DNA of 57,816 nt, counting the filler, from Bipalium vagum (lineage: Eukaryota): the NCBI GenBank assembly GCA_037834085.1. It is 3 parts of 3 records of this genome, joined end to end, with 100 filler letters (N's around TTAATTAATTAA, not from the genome) between each part and the next. Parts side by side here need not be neighbours in the genome. Positions count along the whole stretch, not along the records: positions 18,666 to 39,747 come from JBBMKC010242169.1; positions 39,848 to 57,816 come from JBBMKC010045166.1; 1 more part is not named here. One strand, given 5' to 3'. Under the pieces are notes generated by a model that searched no databases, was not told the origin of the DNA, and saw nothing but the letters and a program-made list of their open reading frames with translations. Both the position numbers and the translations under genes were made by a program. Positions 39,420 to 51,080 of this stretch are shown here, in pieces (position 1 is the first letter of the stretch; the number at the start of each line of letters is the position of its first letter).

Positions 39420-39747
39420 GAGTGCATAATTATTGACAACAGCTAGAAAAAAGAAAAACATAACTATTTATTAATCTCATTACCATTATTTGCAATCACT
39501 TTGACAAGGCGGCCTCTAAAAGTCTTATAAAGATTTATAATAACTTCTCTTTTGGATGTATCATTAACAGAAACGCTTTCCGTATTTCTTCCATTAAATC
39601 ATCTCGAGATGTGATTGGTGACCTGTCATATACGACATCTTCCAACATTTTCCAGACATTCTCCATTATTTTCATGTCTGGAGATCGAGCAGGCCATGAT
39701 AACACTGGAAATTGCGCAAGAGTCATCCATTCTTTAACTATGGTGGC
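39420..39747 (-). mobile_element. Tc1 (DD34E-type) 3' fragment
   Basis: FPVLSWPARSPDMKIMENVWKMLEDVVY; truncated by the gap. Confidence 0.9.
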
Positions 39748-39847
39748 NNNNNNNNNNNNNNNNNNNNNNNNNNNNNNNNNNNNNNNNNNNNTTAATTAAT
39801 TAANNNNNNNNNNNNNNNNNNNNNNNNNNNNNNNNNNNNNNNNNNNN
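39748..39847. other. Artificial 100-nt scaffold spacer (N44-TTAATTAATTAA-N44)
   Basis: Same structure as 18566-18665. Confidence 0.95.
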
Positions 39848-39929
39848 ATATTCGTCGGGAGCGTATGATACACAAGTTTTTTTTGCGAATATATACGTGT
39901 GGAGCAGCGAAAGGGTTAAATAGCGGCTA

Positions 39930-40600
39930 TGCAAAATGGGATCCTCATTGAATAACAGAGGATCAAAGGATCCACAGAGTAAAATTAGTACAAAGTTTGC
40001 TTAAAAATTGAATATATTCATGCTTTAGTCGCTGACGAAAAATGGATGTACAGAAAACCTTTGCCTTCATAAGAAGATAATCCATACTAAGTTTCGACAG
40101 ATGATGACACGCCAAAAATTTAAAGAGGAATAATATTGGACATTAAGTTTCATAAATTGTTGCCTGCAATTTTGATGATGATTCTCTGCTTTCAGGTTTT
40201 AGAGCCAATCTATTAATGAAAAACGTTATATGGATTTCGTTTAAACGATCTTGAATATGAAAAAAGTTGTACATTTAGTCCCAATACCAGATAATTCTTC
40301 TCCCCATATTGCTGTCATGTTACAAGTCTTCTGTGAAGAACATGGAATTAACATCTTTATCTTATTCTCCAGATATAAATTTGCTGGACAAGTTTGTGTA
40401 CAGAAATATGGAATTTGACATGGAGAAAAACACGATTTCCGAATATTAATTCTCTCTCGGTATATCTGGCAAATTTCATGAAATAAAAATTACAGAAATG
40501 AAGTTGTCTACAGAGTGTCTACAGGTGTCAAAGTCTGTCGAATCAGAGCTAAAGAATTGTGATGTCAATAATATTTTTGGAACAACAGCAGAGTTTCTAT
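39930..40600 (+). mobile_element. Decayed Tc1/mariner-superfamily transposase
   Basis: LVADEKWMY, DNSSPH and YSPDINLLDKFVYRNME catalytic-motif remnants in broken frames. Confidence 0.65.
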
Positions 40601-41519
40601 AACGGGAAATTTTGTCATTATTAATTGTCTTTCCTCATTGTAATGTACGATCATGAAAACGAAGAAAGGTCATAAGGGGAAAAATATACATTCTAATCAA
40701 TTTTATATTGTTTTCATTTACAATTCTCAGAGGACATAATTAGCAAATGAAAGACTTTTAAATCGATTGCACGAACAAGCACTGTGTTTTGCTGAAGAAT
40801 GTTAGAATTTGTAAAGTCTATTCATTTGCATTGAGTATTATTATGGGGTCAGGAAAACATTGTTCAACAATTGTTCTTTGAATAACCTTTCTCAAACACT
40901 TGCTAATTCATAAGATCTAAGTTATATTTCTAAAGAACTGGTGCAGGTGGCTTTCAGGTCTTTCGTGAAGTAAAAGTTCTTTCAACATAATAATGGTGAA
41001 CATAATTTAAATAACTGGTAGTTGAGAAGATGTGGGGTGTACAGTGGATAAAGCAAAGTAGTAATAATTAATTGCAGATGATTTGCTTTGGGATAAAAAA
41101 TATGTGTTGTCTTAATAGAATCCAAGTCTCTCTTTTTTGTATGGTTAATATTCTTCTGTGTTGTTTATATATTTATTCCGAATTCGCCGAATTAAGATTT
41201 TTGTTTTCATTATACAATTCATAACTAAGACGTTACAATTTCTTAATCAGATTCTAAAAATGGAATCAACCCTCTAAGCCCCATGAAGATTCTAAAGTAT
41301 AATATAATATATAATATGTTAAGTTAGAAATACGCTTTTTCAAGACCCAGTTGTTGTGGGATCCATTTGCCACATTTTTTTATTTTTCCTATTGAATGTT
41401 AATGATTTTCTAGGATCACGTGAGTGCATTTGAACCTCTCAGCAAATACTCGAGTAGGTTTTACAGGATTTGACTCAATGACTTATTTTAATTTAATGAC
41501 TTATATATTTTATTTACTG

Positions 41520-41720
41520 TTTACGAACCTGGTCCATGCTGATCATCTTTCAGATATACATTTTCATGCTTAAATCCTTGAAACCATCACCTGCATTGAC
41601 TATTACTATTTGACAATATCGCCAAACACAGCGCATATTGTCTGGGATGATTCTGTGGCAGTCTTTCCTTGTTTGAAATCATGTCATATACAAATTTCAG
41701 TTTTGTATTTTTGGTCATCC
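41520..41720 (-). mobile_element. Mariner 5' fragment
   Basis: GKTATESSQTICAVFGD matches the mariner N-terminal HTH. Confidence 0.65.
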
Positions 41721-41785
41721 GTATATCTTTGCTTATTATCCAACCAAAAATGAATGAAATGAAAGATAATATTAATAAAATATTA

Positions 41786-41915
41786 NNNNNNNNNNNNNNN
41801 NNNNNNNNNNNNNNNNNNNNNNNNNNNNNNNNNNNNNNNNNNNNNNNNNNNNNNNNNNNNNNNNNNNNNNNNNNNNNNNNNNNNNNNNNNNNNNNNNNNN
41901 NNNNNNNNNNNNNNN
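41786..41915. other. Assembly gap (N run)
   Basis: Run of n. Confidence 1.
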
Positions 41916-43652
41916 GATTATTAATGAAATAATTATTTTTTCAGATATTATAATTTCAAAATAGTTCCAGAAGTTTTAGCCTTTATTAACGATTTTAAGG
42001 ATGCTCTGACAGAAACTGAATTTTTTTTATGTAAAGAAAAACTGATCAGATCGAAAAGCAAAAGGAATTATCAAAGACAAACGTCACTAAACAGAGATTT
42101 ACCAGTTAAAGACTGATGACTGACTTTTTTTCACCAGATTTTATTACAAAAAAAATAATTGTTTTAATGATATATATTTTCTGTAATAAATTTACTAATT
42201 GTGAAAATTATTTCTTTAAAAATTCTGAGAGAAACAGAACCCAACGAACTCATGACGGAATCTCTTTGGGGTGGAACAGTACAGCCCACGAGAGAATGAC
42301 TTCAGTGTACTAATTCACTTCATGAGAGGATAAAACTTGAAAGATTGAAAAAAAATCGAGTTGCCTTTTCATAGAAAAAAGATTTTCTCAATGTCCTTTT
42401 GGATTTCCAAACAAAATCAAAGAGCCAGATTACTGCTTCTGAAGACATCTCTTGTTCGTAAAATATTATTTTAAATACAGTCTAACTCTGAATATTCTGT
42501 TCCTTGCACACCCTGACATTGTAAAATAGACTATTATTATTATTAAATTTAAAAACATTTCTAAATTCAAAAGGTTAGCAATAAAATAAACAAAATCAAT
42601 TATTTAAAACAATCCATTAACGTAGAAAGTAGTCATTTATTAAATCCACTTTTTATGGCATGAAGTAAGTAGATAAAATTAAAATAATAAACAAAAATAA
42701 AATTATTACATTTAGAAAATAAGATAGTAACTATTTTTAAGGCAGAATAATTAAGAATTATTTAATCAAACTCAGAAGAAAATTATTTTGGAAGTTTTTA
42801 TGTTTTCTATGCGACAGAAACCAACGATGGGTTCTGTTTGGGGTCATCTAACAATCCACAGACCCATCTTTCGTTAACTCTGAGCTGTTAAATGTTTCAT
42901 TTTTTTATTCTTAAATAATTAATCCTTGACTAACACTTTGACCGATACATTAAGGGTTTTATTAATCAGTCAATAAACGTTGATATAAATACGTCGATAT
43001 GATTGATTATCTGATTGTTATTTTATCTGATCGTTTGACTTTTTTATTTGAAACATTTAATTGTGTAGCGTATAAATTAAACAAAGTTTCATTGTGATTA
43101 TTCTAATTCATGCTCATTCGAACAAGTTATTAACAAAAGTGAAAGTCAGTAAAATCACGAGCTAAGTGTTCCGCAATTTTTATATTAGTAAAAACGTAAC
43201 AAAATTCTATCTGAAAAGGAAACCAAATATTTATTTTTTAAATTATACTTATTGACTTGCTACGATCCAAACAACTAATATCACTATTTATTCAAAAATA
43301 ACATGTTCAGAGTAATTATGCTCAGTAACCTTTATGAAAACACATCTGTATTCTTCTGACTTCAGTGATTGTATAAATGGTATATTAGAAACAGGTAGAC
43401 AAAAACAAAATTATTATGTTACTCATATTATTGAAGCTGAGGAAGTTTTATTCAATGTATTTTTAGTTTTCAAATCATAAGCCATTGTCATAATTTTTTC
43501 GGTAGATCAATTAATTATGTCAATTAATTATTGATTATTTTTTAACATATAATTTCAATTTTATTTGTTCTTTAGGTAGAAAATATTTAAAGAATATTTT
43601 GCTAAGATATTTTCAGAATTGTAACAAAAAAATTTATTTAACTCAATTATTA

Positions 43653-43870
43653 TGTGTGTGAATAAGTCTCCGGATTTGGAATAAAACTCCACAATTGAAA
43701 TATGCGTATTAATAATAAAAAAGTTAAAATTTAAACCTTAACAACATATTCAGGAAGTGCTCATTTTCTGCATCCATCTGAAAAAGACAGCAGCTGAAGA
43801 TCATCGAAAGCTCATGGAAACTTTGTTTAAATTTCTCCAAGTGATAAATCATGAAGAGAATATTTCTGTT
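43653..43870 (+). mobile_element. Mos1-like mariner 5' fragment
   Basis: TIR-like GTGTGAATAAGTCTCCGGATT; HIQEVLIFCIHLKKTAAEDHRKLME closely resembles the Mos1 LIFCFHLKKTAAESHRML motif. Confidence 0.85.
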
Positions 43871-46465
43871 ACTGTTAAATCTTGTATAATTATTATTAGT
43901 ATCCGTTTGTTATGTTAAAATTTTCGTAATGAATGAATTCAAAATGGTCATTATGGTGAACTTTAAGTACTTATTTGTTTCGCGACATTTACTGGATGTT
44001 ACATTTATTTACCTTTACTTTTGATGATCAACTTTGAAATCCAGAGCTATGACCTCTTCAATTAAAATTTTTATCACAATTATTCTCTTCATTTCCCCGA
44101 CGTCCTGGAATTCTCTTTTTCTCTGTGTCCATGTGCTTTACTCTTTGGCCTCCTTTTTTGAATCATGTGTCACGAATCATTTCCATCAATTTATGTAGTG
44201 AAATTTTATTAATTTACATTTTCTTTCTATTTCAATTCTATCCTGTTTGCATTTTTGTAATTTTTGCTCACTCTTATTAATAATTTATTATCATAATTAA
44301 TATTTTAAAAAATTATATTATATTTATATTATGTTTTGAATTAATTTAATTAATTTTTTTTTACTAATTTATGTAATTTTTTATTTGCTAATTTGTGATA
44401 TTAAATTAAATATCACGATTTATTTTTTATTAAATTATTTATATTATATTTTTATTAATATTTTTAATTTTCTCTAAATTCGTTACGTACAATGTTATGA
44501 AAAATATATCAATATATAAATGAAAAATATATAAATATATCACCTTTAAAATTTGGTGTGAACCAATCACCTTACTATTGTCTAGACTCTAGCACATGTC
44601 TGAATTTGATTTGTCATTTATTAATTTTAGTATGGAAAAGATTGAAAACCAAGCAATAATCAAATTCTATGTTTAGGAAGAAAATAAAACTTGCATAGGA
44701 ATTCACAATAAAATGTTTAATTTTGGAGTTCAATAAATAAAGCAATTTCAATAAAAAATTCACATTTTTTTATTTTTGCTTTCATATGTTTTCACCCAAT
44801 CTTTTCAAATCCTTATTACACAAAAATATAAATAACTTGTGATTAGATACAATACATTCGTACCTTTACTTCATTGATTAGGTTAATTTACGCAAAATTT
44901 GAAGAGTTTCATTTTATTTAACAAAAAGAAACCAAAACTAAACAAAAAAATTTATGTAAAGGCTCCGTGCACAGCAGTCACACTGTGCCAAAGATCATGG
45001 AGTGACTGAACATCTTAAAATAGGAGATGTTTAATTTTTACTGAGCTTGTTGTCCTGGAGAAAAACAGGAGTTTTGAATGATTTTTTAACTATTTGCCGA
45101 TTTCCCGTTTCTATATTGTTTTGTGGAATTCGGCGTAATGGTCTTGCTTACTTCTAAAGGCGACATCTTCGTAATCTATTGCTCTTTATGACTAATTGAT
45201 TATTTTTACTTATGTTCTCGTAATCTAAAATTAAAACTGTTTTTTAAATTATACGTGAATATACTAACGTACATTAAGCTATTTAAACAAAACCTTATAT
45301 TGATAATAATGATTAAATAAAGATTCATTTAAAGTTCTTCACATCCAATTTAACGTGATTTACCCTAATATTATATTTTCATTTATTATTAGTAGTAATT
45401 TTTACATGTCAGTATATTTTTGTCTTGGGATTAATATTGTGTTTCTTTTGGGTTTTTTACTTTGGTTTTCATGTTATGATATGGAGAATATACAACTAGT
45501 AAAAATAAGTTGTAACATTTCGAAACATAAATATCTTATTTCCAATGTAATTTTTTTTAATGTATTTGAGTTTGTTTTAGAAATTGGCCAATGACAGATT
45601 GGTTATTAATATTTATATATTAACTTATTTAATATTTATTTAATTATTAATCAGCTTGGTATTTAACTTGTGCAAGCTTTTAATTGGTTATTTGCTTTTC
45701 TCACTTGGAGTGTTTGTTTTTTGGTAATTTTGATAGTTTGTTCGATCGAAAATTCACCTTCTATTGTATTTTTATAAAGTAAATAACCTTATTGTGAGTA
45801 TTTTGATTCAATTTTTTATAATAAATAACAAGCAAAAATGTTATTTATTATAATCTTGGTGCACTTTTTTGTTTCTTTGATTCAGATTTTCATTCGATTT
45901 TAATATTCTTAATTCTCTTTATGATATATTTATAATCTGTTTTATTATTGTATAAAAGTAAAAAAAAACTCTGAAATTCCTAAACTTTTAATTTTTCAAA
46001 ATATTCATTTAAGAAAACACTGATCATTTATTGATTTCTACATTTTGTAAATCAATCTTTGATTAAAATTTATTTATTAGTATTGATTTACAGATTTTCT
46101 ATTTCCGTCATTATCAAAGTTACTACATGGAGTTTATTTTCATTCGCTTTTTTTTAACTGTCTTTTTTGAAAAAGAAAGTTTGATTGGTTCTTAATTTAC
46201 TTTTTTAGGAATGCTCGCTAATTCGAATTTTGATATTTTTCCCTTACATCCACGGGATTTAAATTTTGCTTTTTTTCTTTTGGAGTCACTGTTTTGATTC
46301 TTTGAATATTTCTTTGCAGTTACAAACATTACACTTAAAACCTTGTTAATTTATGACTTGCAATTTTATTATTTTTAATTTTTTTAAAACAAAACATTAA
46401 CAAAACTCTAAAATAAAAAAAGAAATAGAAAAAAGTAAAATAATTTATTTTTAAAAGTTAAACTT

Positions 46466-47722
46466 TTACTCTTTCTTAACTTGCTGGCTAATTTTACTTG
46501 GCCGTCCTCTTTTTTTCGGAATTTTAGGTTCTTCTTTGTCAAACTTAGTTTTTGGGCGACCTCTTTTTTTCAAAGCAATAGGATTTAAGATCACGGCATT
46601 GTTAGCTGCATGTTTTTCGGTTGTTTCATTGTTACAAATTTTTGGACGACCTCTTGTTTTTTTGATAATTGTATTTGGACATTTTTCCTCAGAAATAACT
46701 TGAAAATGAGTCTCTTCACTATTATGAACTGTTTTTATGTGCTTTTCCAATTGCATGAATGAATTAGTATAAAAAGAACAGTCAGGATACTCACACTGTA
46801 GTCTTCCGATTTCGAGATTGGGTTGATGTTTAAATTTCTTATCAGCATGTTCAGCATCAATATGCTGTTGAAGAAGATCTTTGTTGTCAAAAAACTCTTC
46901 ACAATATCGACATACGTGTGATCTTTGGAAATCTATTCCGTGCGCTTTGGCAAAATGAAGAATCAGGGCATTTTTTGAATTAAAAAGTTCCGAACCAACA
47001 GGACACTCCCAACAGATTAACGATTGTTCTTTGTGCATTCTTCGATGTTCCCGAAGAACAATTTTATCTAAAGACAGCTTTTGATAGCAGATTTCACAGG
47101 AAAGATTGTTACTACAAAAGCATTCTTCTCCGTGACTTAAAAGTTCTTCGATATTTTCAGTTTTGAAGTTACAGATCTGACAGAGTATTTCCATCTTGAT
47201 ATTCAATGTTTGATTGATGAAACAGGACAGTTTATGTTCCTTAGACGCAATATGAGAAAGAAGAACGTCGTGCGTTCCATAGCTTTTGTCGCATTCGCTG
47301 CAAAAGAAGTCTGCTACGGGTCGGAAATGACGCTTGCGATGGATTTTCATATTTGACTTTTGAGTAAAGCCTTTCTTACAGATATCACAAATCTCAGGCT
47401 TCTTACCAGAATGAGCCCGCATATGGTGCTTGAACAGACCACCATTATCAGTTGAATATTGACACAATTCACATTGGAGACGCTTGGATTGAAAGGTTTT
47501 TTCTGAATGCTTTTCCCTTGTGTGAAGAAATAAATGACCAAGCTCATTGAATATAGCAGTGCACTTTCTACAAACATAGACCGTTACTGAATGCCCAACC
47601 TTCATATGCTTAGAAAAGCCACTGGGACTTTTAAAAGTCTTTATACAAGGTTTACAAAAATAAGTAATTTCCGTTTCTCCACTATACTCTGCGTGACAAA
47701 TATCGGAAATTTGTAATGCCAT
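46466..47722 (-). CDS. C2H2 zinc-finger protein (~10 fingers) with three C-terminal AT-hooks, single exon
   Basis: 418-aa ORF with ten CxxC...H..H/C units (one HSGKKP linker) and RGRP AT-hook motifs KTRGRPK, KKRGRPK, KKRGRPS. Confidence 0.95.
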   Translation of the reverse strand: MALQISDICHAEYSGETEITYFCKPCIKTFKSPSGFSKHMKVGHSVTVYVCRKCTAIFNELGHLFLHTREKHSEKTFQSKRLQCELCQYSTDNGGLFKHHMRAHSGKKPEICDICKKGFTQKSNMKIHRKRHFRPVADFFCSECDKSYGTHDVLLSHIASKEHKLSCFINQTLNIKMEILCQICNFKTENIEELLSHGEECFCSNNLSCEICYQKLSLDKIVLREHRRMHKEQSLICWECPVGSELFNSKNALILHFAKAHGIDFQRSHVCRYCEEFFDNKDLLQQHIDAEHADKKFKHQPNLEIGRLQCEYPDCSFYTNSFMQLEKHIKTVHNSEETHFQVISEEKCPNTIIKKTRGRPKICNNETTEKHAANNAVILNPIALKKRGRPKTKFDKEEPKIPKKRGRPSKISQQVKKE

Positions 47723-48299
47723 TTTTTCTTATTTTAAATAAATTAGATTATGAAAATAATGAAAATATTCCAATTTAAATTATTTATCTCAAATTTTACT
47801 GGTTAAAAATATTTAAATAAAAAATTGATTTTAATTCATTTTGAATTTTTAAATAATTTAATAAAAACAAAAAATAAACGCTGGTAGAAAAAATTGAAAC
47901 TAAATAAATCAATATTATTATTTTAATAAAAATATTAAATAAATTAAAATTTAAGAAAATTAATGAATCAATGATTGAAAAAATCGTTAATTAAAATATT
48001 AAAATTTTATAATCATTTAAAAATTAGATTTACTGATTCTTTTATGGATTTAATTTTAAAATTATTTTTATATAAAAACGAAAAATAATTTTTAAAATTT
48101 ATTTCTTTATAAAAGAAATTTTTTTTAAAAATTATTAAACAAATAATTAAATATATTATTATTTAAGTCTTTTAATTTTGAAAAATAAAAAAATATCTAA
48201 AATTAAAATATTTTTAAAATTTAAAATAGAATTAAATTTTCAATAATTTTCAATATAAAAGTGCTTTTTTCACCTTTTAAAATATTAATAAATATCTTA

Positions 48300-49245
48300 C
48301 TGCATACCATAAAAAATCCCGATTTGTTAAAACTAATTATAATAAAATAAGACAAATAATGTTAACAAAGTTTATTATAACGAATGTGGTACATTAGCGT
48401 TTAAACCTTTCTGGTTTATAATTTTCGTTCCTTTCCGAGATTTGCTTTCAAGAATTAAAGTCGTTTCAGGTGTAGTTGATCATAAATTCCCTTCTAATGA
48501 GAACCACAATTCTTCAACATTTTTACATTTATTTCTAACAACTCGCCTATTGAGAAACGTGAAAAACCGATGTCGTTTGCATTTAAATCCGGAGTCACCC
48601 TTAAGATGATTTTCGGTAAAAAGCTTGATCTCATTTTTCTGAATCCTCCAGATATCAATCAATCCATTAAATCCATTTTCAACATCAGGCTTTGTAATAG
48701 CTGTGAGAATCATGATCTTTGGTGGATTACCTTTACTAAGTAGTAGCTTTTTTCTTCGCGGACTGCTGGCATGATATCGTTCCCGCTGGTTTGGATACAA
48801 TTCAAACCACTCCTCATCTATGTCAACATGACCCTTCCATTGATGATGAAGATTCTGTCGACACCATTTTAGCCTCTTCAATTTCTGGTCTTCACCTAAC
48901 AGAGGACATGTTCTTCTGGAAATAAGTCTCATTCCTTCTTCTTTGAACACTTTTATGTAAAATCTCAGTCTCCTCTGAAATACACTTAATGAAATGAAAA
49001 AAATTTCTTTCGTAAGTCGTATGCGTAATCTTTGTAAATGTTGAGTGCATCCCATTGACTTTCAATTTTTCGTACTGTGGCTGTACTTTGCCAATTTTCA
49101 TGAGAATTCCAGCATAATGTATTAAGATTATTATTTTCTTATCATTAGATAGCACCTTCTATAATAATCAATATGACATCAATTAAACAAACTAGACTTA
49201 CAAATTCTTTTCTAAAATAAATAAATCAGGTTTTATGGTATGGAG
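48300..49245 (-). mobile_element. DD39D-type (plant/Stowaway-related) mariner element, internally deleted, both TIRs
   Basis: TIRs TA|CTGCATACCATAAAA / (reverse complement) TA|CTCCATACCATAAAA. ORF 48480-49055 has PLLGEDQKLKRLKWC, HVDIDEEWF, KIMILTAITKP, FNGLIDIW, matching DD39D motifs (IDEKWF, KVMFLxAVARP, FDGKIGIW). Confidence 0.85.
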
Positions 49246-49501
49246 TAAGTGTATATCTAATATTTAATATTTATTAACAAACAACACTAGTTCATGAATT
49301 TTAACTATAAAAATAAATATTCTACTTAAATTAATTAATATATAATTAATTACATATAATTAAAACAACTTTATAATTATTTCAATTTTTATAAGAATTT
49401 AAAATAAGTTAAATATATTAAATTTTATAATTACATTATTATTAAAACAAGTAATAGTTGATATTAAATATAATACCAGTAATTTAAGTAAAATAATATA
49501 A

Positions 49502-49904
49502 AAGGGTTTTTTAGTCCCATTTTGAATATGTGTACCTTCATTTTGAATTTATGTAAATCAATTTTAAATTTGTTTAAATGCATAATTAATAACGTTATGT
49601 AAATTTTTTGAATAATTGTTAACATTCTCTCATGTTCTCAAACAAAGATAGAAAACTCATAATCGATTCGTATCTTAACGGCCAAACCTTAGAAAGAGAA
49701 ATAGATGATGTTTCAAAATTCAAATTAACAACAGTTTATGCTGTAATAAAGGTATATAATTAAAGGAAAGTAGAGTAGATAGTAAGTGAAAAATGAACAT
49801 ATTCAGTTCTTACAAAGCACCACTGATGAAGATCATACATTTAAAATTGATTTTCCTATTTTAAAATGAAGATACACATGTTCAAAATGAGAGTGAAAAC
49901 CCTG
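49502..49904. mobile_element. Short Tc1-derived TIR element (~400 bp)
   Basis: ~45-bp imperfect inverted repeats AAGGGTTTTTTAGTCCCATTTTGAATATGTGTACCTTCATTTT / (reverse complement) CAGGGTTTTCACTCTCATTTTGAACATGTGTATCTTCATTTT; internal HTH remnant DRKLIIDSYLNG...TTVYAVIK. Confidence 0.8.
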
Positions 49905-50296
49905 TAATAATAAATTCAAAAACTTAAGATAAAATTAAAACAAAAATAACACGTTCAAAGAAATAAAAAAATTAGTAACATCTTCTTTATTGACATATTA
50001 TCAGAAAATGGAAACAATAAATAATTTCTACGATTGTTCAACTAATAATAATAACGAAAATAGTATTTCCATGGCATTCTGTGATAGGTGAAAACAACAA
50101 GTCCAGTGAAATTGAACAGCAGAATTGTGGACAATTATCATTGCATCATTGTATTCACCATGACAACAAGCGTCATTCAATGCGAACACACACTCACGCA
50201 CACGAGCACACACACGCAAATATTTAAATTCTGAAATTATTGGATTTAGCAAACGTGATCATTTGTAATAGTATCGATTGTTTTCAGTTCACTTTC

Positions 50297-50999
50297 ATGG
50301 AACAGGAGGGCACCAATGAAGTAAGGTTTATTTGTGAATTTTATTTACATTTATCTCAGATCTCAGTGATCTAAATCTTTAGAATCCTCAAAGTATCTTG
50401 AACATCTTTATTTTATTTTTTCAGGTTTTAACGATCAGTTCGGAAGAAGAAAAAAGTTAGTTCGATTCCATTTCAACTTGTCCATTTATCGGAAGCAATC
50501 CTTTCCGTCTTTTATCTCTCATTGTATTGACATTGTGAGCTTATGAAGGTAGAGATCATTCTCGTGAGAAAATTATTCGAACAATGTCAAAAAGCAATTG
50601 TCTGAATTTTTGTTATTTCCTCCAAATGTTTACTTTTGCCTTCCGATTTATTATTGAAAATAACCACGTCAAATGATTTCTTTCACTGGATGATAATTGC
50701 TTTTATATATTTCTCAAAGCCTAAATCAGCTTCTTTTTATTGTCCCAACTAATTTTATAAGGAACATGTTTATTTTAAAGGTCCAGGGTGAGTTTATATT
50801 TGCCTTAAAATGAAATGGTTTACATGTTCAAAAAATAAGAGCCAATAAATAAAAAATTAATCTAATTAATTAATGAATTATTATAAAAAAAAATTTCTCA
50901 TCCTTTGTGTGATTTCATTCCTTGGATATTTAATGAATATTTGGTAAAAATATAATTCTTTAAAGTCAAAATGTTTCCAGAAAATGCAACATCAAAAAA

Positions 51000-51080
<81 letters not shown>

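Noticed and set aside
39848-39919. piggyBac-like terminus ...GCAGCGAAAGGG|TTAA
   Set aside because: Only ~70 bp beside a gap with no partner TIR.
46192-46341. Possible extra Lys-rich 3' exon for the zinc-finger gene
   Set aside because: Weak AAG acceptor, no domain, explicable by A-rich composition; the main ORF already ends with a stop.
36528-47577. ORFs 36528-36746 and 47347-47577
   Set aside because: Shadow or alternative frames of the Rho and zinc-finger genes.
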